Shown: one piece after another, positions 1 to 7,561 of the stretch
How positions within the stretch are numbered: the first letter of the stretch is position 1
How the letters are laid out: each line of letters opens with the position of its first letter
NCBI GenBank assembly: GCA_023485845.1
Contig: JAMCZE010000007.1
Span: 11,391 to 75,390, forward strand
From: Patescibacteria group bacterium
GTDB taxonomy: Bacteria; Patescibacteriota; Microgenomatia; JAMCZE01
DNA length: 64,000 nt
Reading direction: 5' to 3'
Notes under the pieces: generated by a model
Seen by the model: the letters and a program-made list of their open reading frames with translations, nothing else
Told to the model about the DNA's origin: nothing
Database searches by the model: none
Program-made: the position numbers and the translations under genes

Positions 1-558
1 CAGAGGGATACCTTTGTCTTCTCCCAGTTCCGAATGGAAACTTTCTATCACCTGATCCAATAATCCGAGGATATCCGGATTCCCAATCTTTCTCTTGAGA
101 ATTTCCTTTAAAACTTTGTGGTCAATATTGGCAAAAAACTTTTTAACATCACACTTCAAAACCCAACAGGGTTGGGTATAATTTTTCGAGACCTTTCGCG
201 TAAATATTTCAAGGCGATCAACACCCTTATGGGTTCCCTTATTTAACCGACAAGAATAAGAATCAAAAATAAAAGTCGGGTCAAATAAATCATACAGATA
301 TTTATAAAGTAAATGGTGGACTATTCTGTCCGCCACGTCCGCTTTGTGAATATGGCGAACTTTGGGATCATAGACATAAAACTCTTCGTAGCCGCCATGC
401 TGATAAGTTTTGTTTTGCAAGCTTTCCTGTAAAACAAAGAGATTGTCTTCCAAGTGGCTCTCAAAAACTTGTAGGTTAACTCGCAGCTTCTTCCCTTTCC
501 TAAACCCTTTCCAAGCTTGAAAAAGATTTGATAGTGAAGTAAGCTCCGAATAATTCAT
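1..558 (-). CDS. DGR-type reverse transcriptase, N-terminal ~186 aa (gene continues beyond the window start)
   Basis: My own translation of the minus strand from the ATG at 556-558 gives MNYSELTSLSNLFQAWKGFRKGKKLR...YQHGGYEEFYVYDPKVRHIHKADVADRIVHHLLYKYL...FDSYSCRLNKGTH. The N-terminal and RT finger motifs (DPKxRxI..A..DRVVHHAL and SYxCRxGKGTH) are typical of DGR and retron-type RTs. It sits next to an Avd-like gene and a TR/VR pair. It is absent from the ORF track because it runs off the window edge. Confidence 0.8.
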   Translation of the reverse strand, partial: MNYSELTSLSNLFQAWKGFRKGKKLRVNLQVFESHLEDNLFVLQESLQNKTYQHGGYEEFYVYDPKVRHIHKADVADRIVHHLLYKYLYDLFDPTFIFDSYSCRLNKGTHKGVDRLEIFTRKVSKNYTQPCWVLKCDVKKFFANIDHKVLKEILKRKIGNPDILGLLDQVIESFHSELGEDKGIPL

Positions 559-936
559 ATGGACATATTTCCTGGCCTAGACATTCCCATCCTCACTAAA
601 ATTTATAGTTTTTACAGACTTTTATACCAATACCTTCGCTTTTTTCCGAAAAAAGATCGTTACACTTTGGGGCAAAAAATTGACAATCTAACTCTAGAAA
701 TTCTCGAGCTGGCGATTACCGCCGGGACCCAAGACCGAGATCAAAAACTCCCCTATTTAGAAAAGGCCGTTATTTCTGTTGATCTTCTTAAAATTCTTAT
801 CCGCTTAGCAAAAGACACCGGCGCTCTCGACGAAAAAAGATATTTAGAACTTCAAGGTCACCTCCAAGAAATGGGCAGGATGTTTGGGGGGTGGAAAAAA
901 CAAGCTACTATCTCAGAGCGACCGCCTATATTCTGA
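559..936 (+). CDS. avd: Avd-like four-helix-bundle protein (23S rRNA intervening-sequence protein family), DGR accessory variability determinant
   Basis: 125-aa ORF MDIFPGLDIPILTKIYSFYRLLYQYLRFFPKKDRYTLGQKIDNLTLEILELAITAG... shares the FPKxExY-L..QI......NIAEG-type signature with the other four-helix-bundle protein in this window (44649-45002). Its 3' end overlaps the start of the TR. Its ATG directly abuts the divergent RT start codon. Confidence 0.7.
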   Translation: MDIFPGLDIPILTKIYSFYRLLYQYLRFFPKKDRYTLGQKIDNLTLEILELAITAGTQDRDQKLPYLEKAVISVDLLKILIRLAKDTGALDEKRYLELQGHLQEMGRMFGGWKKQATISERPPIF

Positions 937-1010
937 TTGACATCCTCGGGCTTCAAATTCGAATTGACGTTCAAGTTACCATTCGAGTTGAAGTTGGCGT
1001 TGACAATTTG
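912..1010 (-). repeat. DGR template repeat (TR); the templating sense is the minus strand
   Basis: Gapless alignment of 914-1010 with 1228-1324 (offset 314) gives 79 identities in 97 positions. All 18 mismatches lie at plus-strand T, which is A on the minus strand. 18 of the 30 T positions are changed. The minus-strand translation is Asn-rich (NANFNSNGNLNVNSNL), i.e. AAC codons, the classic TR signature. Confidence 0.85.
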
Positions 1011-1213
1011 CCTTGTTTTGTCTTTAACACTATGATTCTCCAATTTTGTTGGATTGTCACTGAATTTTATTCGGGAGAAGCTCTAAAGCACCTCCACTAA
1101 AACTAAGGCAAGGAGTGTCTTGTTTTTCCAGTATACTTTCAATTTCGGTGTCCGAACTGCCAAATGACAGAAGGAATCATTGACCGAAAGAATAAAGGGA
1201 CAAAAACAAAAGT

Positions 1214-1921
1214 CTATCTCACTCCCTCAGAGCGACCGCCTATATCCTGAAGGACATCCCCGGGCTCCAAATACGAATGGACGTGCAAGCCACCATCCGA
1301 GCCGAAGCAGGCGTAGACAACCTGACCAACATGGCGAGACCCGAGATAACGAGACCAGGTAGGTCCCTCATCGAGATAATGATCTGTCAAGAGTTTACTT
1401 GCCTCGGATGCCAAAACACCAACTTTAAGTCTTGCCCCAACTCTTCCCTCATTGGCAAATCTCTCTTGCAATTGTCTTTCAGTAGTATTTCTGTAAGGAG
1501 CTTCTAACACTATCTCTATGTCGGTCCAACCAGCGGTTTCTCTTTCATCTTTTATAGTGCTGCCTTTAGCTACTGCCCAGCTACTCAAATGGGGGAACTT
1601 TTGCCCTAACTCTGGATAAGTAAAATTAGGTATATAGACTGGTCCTCGTTCCTTTTTAGCAAGACCTCTGAGCTCTGTCAAGCTGTAGGGACATTGAACA
1701 ATATCAGTAGCTGTCAAAAGAGATTGCCAGAAGTCGGTAACTACGTTAGGATTATAAGGCTCACTTTTAAGTGCTTTGACTACATTTTCATGCCGTCTTT
1801 CTGCAAGTGCCTGGGCAGACAATCTTACCGTTCCAAGGTGTGCCTCCATGAGAGTTCTTTCTTGGGCACTCAAATTGGAACGAGACAGTATCTTTTCTCC
1901 TTCTTTTACCCAGTCAATCAT
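1214..1921 (-). CDS. DGR variable (target) protein with the VR at its extreme C-terminus; probable C-type-lectin/FGE-like ligand-binding fold
   Basis: 235-aa ORF. The C-terminal ...VGQVVYACFGSDGGLHVHSYLEPGDVLQDIGGRSEGVR aligns to the TR translation QIVNANFNSNGNLNVNSNLKPEDVNQNIGGRSE. Asn codons of the TR correspond to Y, C, G, D, H, L etc. in this protein. Confidence 0.8.
   Translation of the reverse strand: MIDWVKEGEKILSRSNLSAQERTLMEAHLGTVRLSAQALAERRHENVVKALKSEPYNPNVVTDFWQSLLTATDIVQCPYSLTELRGLAKKERGPVYIPNFTYPELGQKFPHLSSWAVAKGSTIKDERETAGWTDIEIVLEAPYRNTTERQLQERFANEGRVGARLKVGVLASEASKLLTDHYLDEGPTWSRYLGSRHVGQVVYACFGSDGGLHVHSYLEPGDVLQDIGGRSEGVR
1226..1324 (-). repeat. DGR variable repeat (VR) inside the 3' end of the target gene
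   Basis: Counterpart of the TR at 912-1010. It differs only at adenine positions of the coding (minus) strand. The invariant GC-rich segment cagagcgaccgcc at the gene-3' side is identical in TR and VR, which makes it a candidate IMH. Confidence 0.85.
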
Positions 1922-1937
1922 AATAGTACTTATATTA

Positions 1938-2231
1938 CTATCCTATGAGATATTTGTCAAGATCAACGTGAGTTTCGTCCAAAAATTTTATTCCTTCATC
2001 ATTCAGCTTTAGATATTGTTCTCTGACTCCCCCGAAAGCGAAGTTCGGGGCCAATCGGCCGTGGCGATCCACCACCCGGTGGCAGGGAGTCTTGGGGTCT
2101 CGATTAGCATGCAGGGCAAAGCCCACCACCCGCGGCGTCGTCCCAACAATTTTAGCCACTCGGCCATAGGTGGAAACTTTCCCCGCCGGAATCTCTCTGG
2201 TTATTTCGTAGATTCGCGAAAAACAATTCAT
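1938..2231 (-). CDS. MGMT-family DNA-binding domain protein (methylated-DNA-protein-cysteine methyltransferase C-terminal domain, ~97 aa)
   Basis: Contains the PCHRVV active-site motif and the surrounding helix-turn-helix-like sequence of Ogt/Ada C-terminal domains. Confidence 0.7.
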   Translation of the reverse strand: MNCFSRIYEITREIPAGKVSTYGRVAKIVGTTPRVVGFALHANRDPKTPCHRVVDRHGRLAPNFAFGGVREQYLKLNDEGIKFLDETHVDLDKYLIG

Positions 2232-2243
2232 TGGGTTACTGAT

Positions 2244-2510
2244 TTATTGTTTTATTGCTTTTATTTGTGTGACTTTCCACATAAATAATCTTGCTTTGCT
2301 CCGGGCGTTGGCGTCAAGGACAAAAGACAGGGCCTGATCTAAAATTTTTCTGTCAATTTCTTTGGCCATCTTAATATAGAGGGGCTTGTGAACCATGTCC
2401 CCCAACCGCTCTGCGAGATAAATCCCATACTTTTGGAATTCACGAGACAAAAACTTGTCCTGGTCGTCTAAATTAATGCGGGAAAGAACGGTCTTTAGCG
2501 ATTGCATCAA
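2244..2510 (-). CDS. hypothetical protein
   Basis: 88-aa ORF between pth and the MGMT-like gene. No recognisable motif. Confidence 0.35.
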   Translation of the reverse strand: MMQSLKTVLSRINLDDQDKFLSREFQKYGIYLAERLGDMVHKPLYIKMAKEIDRKILDQALSFVLDANARSKARLFMWKVTQIKAIKQ

Positions 2511-2964
2511 ACACTCCTTTCAAAGTTTCTAACTCTTCACTGGTAAAATCCTCTAAAACAAACTGCTTTCCGGCTTTCCGGCTTTCGGGCTGACGACTGT
2601 CAACCCCGATTCTTATGCGCCAAAAATCCTTGGTACCCAACTCGTCCTCCACCGAGGCCACACCGTTGTGCACTTTTGGCCCCACCCCGAACTGAATTTT
2701 ATACTGCCCCAGAGGAAGATCCAGGTCATCATGGGCAATATAGAGATCATTTATTGCCCATTGCCCATTGCCCATTGCCCATTTCACGAAGGTCCCCGAG
2801 TCATTCATAAAAACATCTGTCTTAATAATTTTAAACTTTTGATTTAAATTTTGACTTTTGAGTTTTGACTTTTGAGTTGCGTCCACAAACATGTGCCCGA
2901 CATTGTGTCGGTTCCTGCTATATTTTGCACCGGGATTTCCTAAACCAATAATTAGTTTTGCCAT
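2473..2964 (-). CDS. pth: peptidyl-tRNA hydrolase
   Basis: N-terminus LIIGLGNPGAKYSRNRHNVGHMFVD matches the Pth signature LIVGLGNPG..Y..TRHN.G. It also carries in-frame tandem repeats, described in the findings. Confidence 0.85.
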   Translation of the reverse strand: MAKLIIGLGNPGAKYSRNRHNVGHMFVDATQKSKLKSQNLNQKFKIIKTDVFMNDSGTFVKWAMGNGQWAINDLYIAHDDLDLPLGQYKIQFGVGPKVHNGVASVEDELGTKDFWRIRIGVDSRQPESRKAGKQFVLEDFTSEELETLKGVFDAIAKDRSFPH

Positions 2965-3030
2965 TGGCTCATTTTACCACTAAAAGACGGTCCGACGTCA
3001 TGTCGGACCGCCGCTTAGATATAATAGGTC

Positions 3031-3372
3031 TTACTTTGCTGCGACTTTACCCAGCAATTTTTGTGCCCAGGGGCCGATCACCGGCAAAAGCACTTTCTGG
3101 CCCTGGTAGGCTTTAACTGCTAACACAATTTCCAAAATTATGCTGGCCAGCCAAATAACTGGGGTCAGGATCGCCAGAATGATGGTCACACCCATCAAAA
3201 ACATTACGATCCAGATACCAACCATCAGCACTAGACCTTGGGCCGCATTGAACCGAACATCAGCGTTCTTCTCAATGATTAAGAAAATGATCGCTGCAAT
3301 CCAGCCAATAAACGGCACATAGCACAAAGCGGATTCAACTTTCGGATCCAAATTTGATTTCATTATTCTCAC
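3031..3372 (-). CDS. small integral membrane protein (DUF4870-like)
   Basis: 113 aa with 3 hydrophobic helices. Only weak family resemblance. Confidence 0.5.
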   Translation of the reverse strand: MRIMKSNLDPKVESALCYVPFIGWIAAIIFLIIEKNADVRFNAAQGLVLMVGIWIVMFLMGVTIILAILTPVIWLASIILEIVLAVKAYQGQKVLLPVIGPWAQKLLGKVAAK

Positions 3373-3865
3373 CTCATTTCTTCCTCTTATTATTTTTATC
3401 AGTTCTTAAATAAAAAAGATAGAGCAACACAAAAACCGCCAATATCAACGCGAACGTTGTGTTACTGGCCAAAAAGTTCGTTAATGCGTTTGTCGTCATA
3501 ATTCACCACCTTCAGCCTGCAAAACTGATTCCGATAAAATGAGACAAACTAGCCCGGAGATTATCGACCGGGCCGTCACGGTCAACGTCTCTAAAATTGC
3601 CTGATTACTAAAGATAATCGGTGGCACAGCCGCCGTTAGAAAAAATCCTGCTGCTAGGTCAACCAGCAACCCCGAAACAATACTTGGTCGAATAAACACC
3701 ATAACCAGTGTTTCATTTAAGAAGCTTGTTGTCAACACAGTTGATCAATTGACAAGGGGCCAGAAGAGTTATATAAACAAGTCGTATGAAAATTGGTAAT
3801 CGGGAATTCGGGCGGGTTGCTGTTAGGGAAATCTCTTGTTGACTGCTTCGAAAAACTAAGCCGAT

Positions 3866-4123
3866 TTGAGACAGATAGTTCTTACTCCACAAGATAACGA
3901 CGTCACTGTCTTGGCAAATGAGCAACTTGTTGCTCTTCATCAAAAAGATTTTGAGGAAGCCGGTCTCACCTTTTTCCCTAATTGGCGCCAGAGTCCAGAA
4001 TACCGCCAACTGTTGCGCGAAGGCTTACGCCAAAAATTATTGACAGAGAAGACCGAATTGATATTCGCCCTAAAAATCCCCTCTTCAGAACCGCCATCCG
4101 CCCCTAACTTTTTTGCAGCTTAA
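3866..4123 (+). CDS. hypothetical protein
   Basis: 85-aa ORF with protein-like composition. It overlaps a less plausible minus-strand ORF. Confidence 0.3.
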   Translation: MRQIVLTPQDNDVTVLANEQLVALHQKDFEEAGLTFFPNWRQSPEYRQLLREGLRQKLLTEKTELIFALKIPSSEPPSAPNFFAA

Positions 4124-5825
4124 CCATCTCTAAAATTTCCTTCAAGCTAGTCGTGTCTTCTGGATTCTTCTCCCGCCAGCGTTCGAGGCGAGGAAAACGC
4201 AAAGCATAGCCGGCCGTGTGCATCGGTGATTTAGTCAGCTCATCGGCTCGAAACTCCCCCACGATTTGTGGCTCAAGCCACTCATCACAAACCATTAGTT
4301 TATTGACGTCATAATTATTTGGTTTACTTTTGACTTTTAATTTTTGACTTTTAATTTTCAGGTCCCGCCACTCTTTGTCGGTTAACCCCGTTCCTACCTT
4401 ACTAATTGTTTTATATGAGTCAGTTTTTTTGTCATAAACGCCAATTAAAAACGATCCGACGCCAAATTTATTTCTTTTCCCCTGGCCAAAGTCATAGCCC
4501 ATGACCACGGCGTCAATCGTGTCATTTAATTTCTTGGTGTAACTGCCTTTTAGTTTAATCCAGTTCCAGCCCCGGGCCCCGGCTTGGTAAACGCCGTCCA
4601 GTTTCTTCACCATAATTCCTTCTAAATTTTTATTCAGCGCCTGCTGAAAAAGGGCTTCCAGGCGCTCGGCCAACTGCACAACCTCCATTTCGGCGGGAAT
4701 GATAATGGTGTCATGCTGAAATCTTTTCAGCATCTCCTCCACAATTTTTCGGCGGAACCCGTATGGCTTGTTTATTAAACTTTCGCCGTTTAAATAAAGA
4801 CAATCAAACACCACCAGCCGCAGCGGCACGTTGCCGGCAAAAGCCGCCACGTCATATTTCCGTTTGCGCTGGACAGTTTCCTGGAAAGGCAAGTATTTGC
4901 CGGTTTTGGGATCAAAACCAATGGCTTCCCCATCTAAAATCACCTCGTTGGCGGCAATCTCTTTTTTGGCTGCCGCCACTAAGTCAGGGTACATTGCCGT
5001 CACATCCTCGAGCCCGCGACTGAATAACCTAACAAAATCCAAGTTTTTAATAAAGTGCAACTGAGTTCGCAGGCCATCGAGTTTTGGTTCCACCGCGCAT
5101 TTTCCCCCCATTTTTTCCAGAATCTCGGCGGTGGAGGCCAGCCGTTCCGCCCGCATCACTAAAATCGGCGTGCCGACTTTCGGCTCGATTTTAATATTGG
5201 CCCCCCGCTGTTTAACTTCTTGGGCAATCACTCCCAGATCGGGGCGCACATCATAGGCCGCTTCAATATTGTCCTTGTGCTTTTTTGTCCCGTCGATCAT
5301 CCAAGACAACCCTTCCAGCATCGTCATGTCAGAAAAGCCCAGCCGAAGTTTGTCCACCGGAATCCGGGCAATATACCGCGCTGATAGCCCATCACTTCCG
5401 GCCAACAGGTCGGCCAGCAGCCCGATCTTTTTCTCCACCGATCCCTCGCCGCTGGAATCAGCAATCACTGTTAATTTCTCAAAAACTTCGCCAACCTGGA
5501 GGGTTGCACCCTGTTTCAGGGTGCAACCCTTTCGGAGCTCTTGTGCCGTCTCCCCCAGGTCTCCGCTCTTTTTAAACATTTGTGTCACCTTTTCACCGGA
5601 GACGCCATAGGCCTTGGCCAGGGCTCGAATCACCATTCTGTCGGCCATTCCAAACTCGATTGGTTCAAACAGCGGCGCCACCCGGCCCTGAAGAAGATAG
5701 GCAATTTTGTCAATTTCATCCGTCCCTGCCTCGGCAAACAACTGCGCCAAAATCTCGACCATGTTATTTCTCGACGCCGTCGACTCCAATTTGGAAAAAT
5801 ATTCAGCTAGTTTAGAAAAAGTCAT
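4104..5825 (-). CDS. lig: ATP-dependent DNA ligase
   Basis: 573 aa. Adenylation motif I KLDGLR within AVEPKLDGLRTQLHF. Overall archaeal/eukaryal-type ligase architecture with DNA-binding, adenylation and OB domains. Confidence 0.85.
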   Translation of the reverse strand: MTFSKLAEYFSKLESTASRNNMVEILAQLFAEAGTDEIDKIAYLLQGRVAPLFEPIEFGMADRMVIRALAKAYGVSGEKVTQMFKKSGDLGETAQELRKGCTLKQGATLQVGEVFEKLTVIADSSGEGSVEKKIGLLADLLAGSDGLSARYIARIPVDKLRLGFSDMTMLEGLSWMIDGTKKHKDNIEAAYDVRPDLGVIAQEVKQRGANIKIEPKVGTPILVMRAERLASTAEILEKMGGKCAVEPKLDGLRTQLHFIKNLDFVRLFSRGLEDVTAMYPDLVAAAKKEIAANEVILDGEAIGFDPKTGKYLPFQETVQRKRKYDVAAFAGNVPLRLVVFDCLYLNGESLINKPYGFRRKIVEEMLKRFQHDTIIIPAEMEVVQLAERLEALFQQALNKNLEGIMVKKLDGVYQAGARGWNWIKLKGSYTKKLNDTIDAVVMGYDFGQGKRNKFGVGSFLIGVYDKKTDSYKTISKVGTGLTDKEWRDLKIKSQKLKVKSKPNNYDVNKLMVCDEWLEPQIVGEFRADELTKSPMHTAGYALRFPRLERWREKNPEDTTSLKEILEMVKLQKS

Positions 5826-5827
5826 GG

Positions 5828-6874
5828 CTACTTCATCATATACCTCGCCGCTTTGGTTTTGCCCTTTTTCTTAATTATTTTCTTCTCCATCAGATCTTTT
5901 AAGTCGCGAAGAACCGTGTCTTCGGAGACCATCGGTAGGACGTCTTTAAACTCTTGGTTGGAAAGGTAGCCAATTTTTTCAATGTGTTCCACAATTTTCA
6001 CCTGGCGTTGGTTAAGAAAAATTTGTTTGCCCGCCTGGGCTTTCAGTTTTAAATCTAGGGACAGATGTTGGACCTGCTCCCGGACCCGATTAAACTCAAT
6101 TGCTACTCCTTCGACAAAATATTCTAACCATTGGGTGACATCATGATCCGGGTTTTGGTCGGCGGTTTTAATCGCATAATAGTAGGCCCCGACGTTCTTG
6201 TCATAGTATTCTTCTAAGGAAAAGAGTTTTCGAATGTCATAACCCTCGTTTAGAAGAATTAAGGTCGCCATCGCCCGGGAAACCCGGCCATTGCCCTCGG
6301 TGAACGGGTGGATGTTGACAATCGCGTAGTGGGTCACGCCGGCCTTAATAATCGGGTGCAGATCCCGGGTGGAGGGATCATTAATCCAGTCAAAAAAGTC
6401 CTCCATTTGGTAGGACACTTCCACGGCCGGGGGCGGCCGATGGACGATTTCGCCCGTTAAAACATCGCGCAGCACCACCTGCACTTTGCGCCACTTCCCC
6501 ACTTCCTCTTCGGGAATGATCCCCGCCACTGTTAATTTATGAAGCTCTCTTAGGGTGTCCTGATTATAAATATTCTTCTCACCCGACAGCTTCTCTAAAT
6601 AATCCAACACCTTGCGATAATTAACTACTTCTTTAACGTCCCGATCGCGGGCCACAATCTCTTTTCCCTCCATCACTTTCTTCACCTCTTCCAAGTTAAG
6701 TTCGTTGCCCTCGACATGAGTGCCGTAGTGCACCGCCCGCAGTTGGGCATCTTCGACAAACTTTGCTTCCCAGGCCGGTAGGAGCGCCGCCCCCTCAATC
6801 ACTGCTTTGGCCCCTTCCACCAACCCGATATCCTTTAATAACTTTGAGGTGATAGTAAATTTTGGCTGATACAT
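5828..6874 (-). CDS. Fic/DOC family protein (AMPylation-type Fic domain with C-terminal winged helix)
   Basis: Canonical Fic motif HPFTEGNGRVSRA in a 348-aa protein. Confidence 0.8.
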   Translation of the reverse strand: MYQPKFTITSKLLKDIGLVEGAKAVIEGAALLPAWEAKFVEDAQLRAVHYGTHVEGNELNLEEVKKVMEGKEIVARDRDVKEVVNYRKVLDYLEKLSGEKNIYNQDTLRELHKLTVAGIIPEEEVGKWRKVQVVLRDVLTGEIVHRPPPAVEVSYQMEDFFDWINDPSTRDLHPIIKAGVTHYAIVNIHPFTEGNGRVSRAMATLILLNEGYDIRKLFSLEEYYDKNVGAYYYAIKTADQNPDHDVTQWLEYFVEGVAIEFNRVREQVQHLSLDLKLKAQAGKQIFLNQRQVKIVEHIEKIGYLSNQEFKDVLPMVSEDTVLRDLKDLMEKKIIKKKGKTKAARYMMK

Positions 6875-6991
6875 GCTACAATAATTATGCCCTAACGCCC
6901 GTGCGGCGGACGGGCTATCTTTTTGTCATGCTGAACTTGTTTCAGCATCTTGTTGTGAATATTTTACCGCTATTTTCCCGCAAAAGGAAGA

Positions 6992-7507
6992 TTACGATTT
7001 GAGGTTATTAATTATCTGTTCAGAAATTTCTTCGATCCTCTTCTTGGCACTATCGATCCGAAGACTATCGGGGTACGAATTAGCCGCTATCGTATTGATA
7101 AGTTTTTCTATTTCGCCTCTTCGATCAATGTTAATATCACCCCTCACTTCCTCCCTGCGAAGTGCCTCATTCAAGTCAACCGTTAATTCTACGACCAGAA
7201 CTTTTTGCGCCTCCTGCTCACCTATCTGCACCAACTTCGTAATAAATTCGTGCTCTGGGAACATCTCCTCAATAATCACATTATAACCTTGGTGCAACAA
7301 TAATTTAGCTAGGTTTCTAGCCATTTCGTGGCCCAGTGGTCTGACTTCAATCCAATCACTTACTGAATAAGCCTGGGGTAACAAGCAAGCAATCAGGCTA
7401 TCAACTCTAATTCTGGCTACCTTCGCGACTCTCTCAGATATCAAGTTAGAGATAGACGTTTTACCAGAAGATGGCCCGCCACGAAGAATGAGAAGGAACT
7501 GCTTCAT
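6992..7507 (-). CDS. P-loop NTPase / small-molecule kinase-like protein (AAA_33-like)
   Basis: Walker A GGPSSGKTS at the N-terminus. 171 aa, consistent with zeta-toxin or nucleotide-kinase-like folds. Confidence 0.5.
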   Translation of the reverse strand: MKQFLLILRGGPSSGKTSISNLISERVAKVARIRVDSLIACLLPQAYSVSDWIEVRPLGHEMARNLAKLLLHQGYNVIIEEMFPEHEFITKLVQIGEQEAQKVLVVELTVDLNEALRREEVRGDINIDRRGEIEKLINTIAANSYPDSLRIDSAKKRIEEISEQIINNLKS

Positions 7508-7561
7508 GTCATCATTCTACCTAATTTTCCCCGCAACCGCTACGACGTATAATCAAGCAGT

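Noticed and set aside
858-1043. 61-aa minus-strand ORF rich in Asn (MENHSVKDKTRQIVNANFNSNGNLNVNSNL...)
   Set aside because: This is the translation of the DGR template repeat (AAC codons), not an independent protein-coding gene. It is reported as the TR instead.
2755-4358. Short tandem repeats (cccattg, ttgactttt…) considered as possible CRISPR fragments
   Set aside because: The units are 6-14 nt with no spacers. They lie inside conserved coding sequences and keep the reading frame. There are no cas genes in the window.
4763-5815. Multiple plus-strand ORFs (e.g. 5269-5610, 5285-5575, 5541-5810) antisense to the DNA ligase gene. Similar stacks lie antisense to ftsH (15085-15706), IMPDH (37257-37792), nrdJ (41289-43235) and the serA-like gene (47449-47930).
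   Set aside because: They lie opposite long, well-conserved genes. They have Pro/Arg/Ser-rich low-complexity translations typical of antisense frames in GC-balanced coding DNA.
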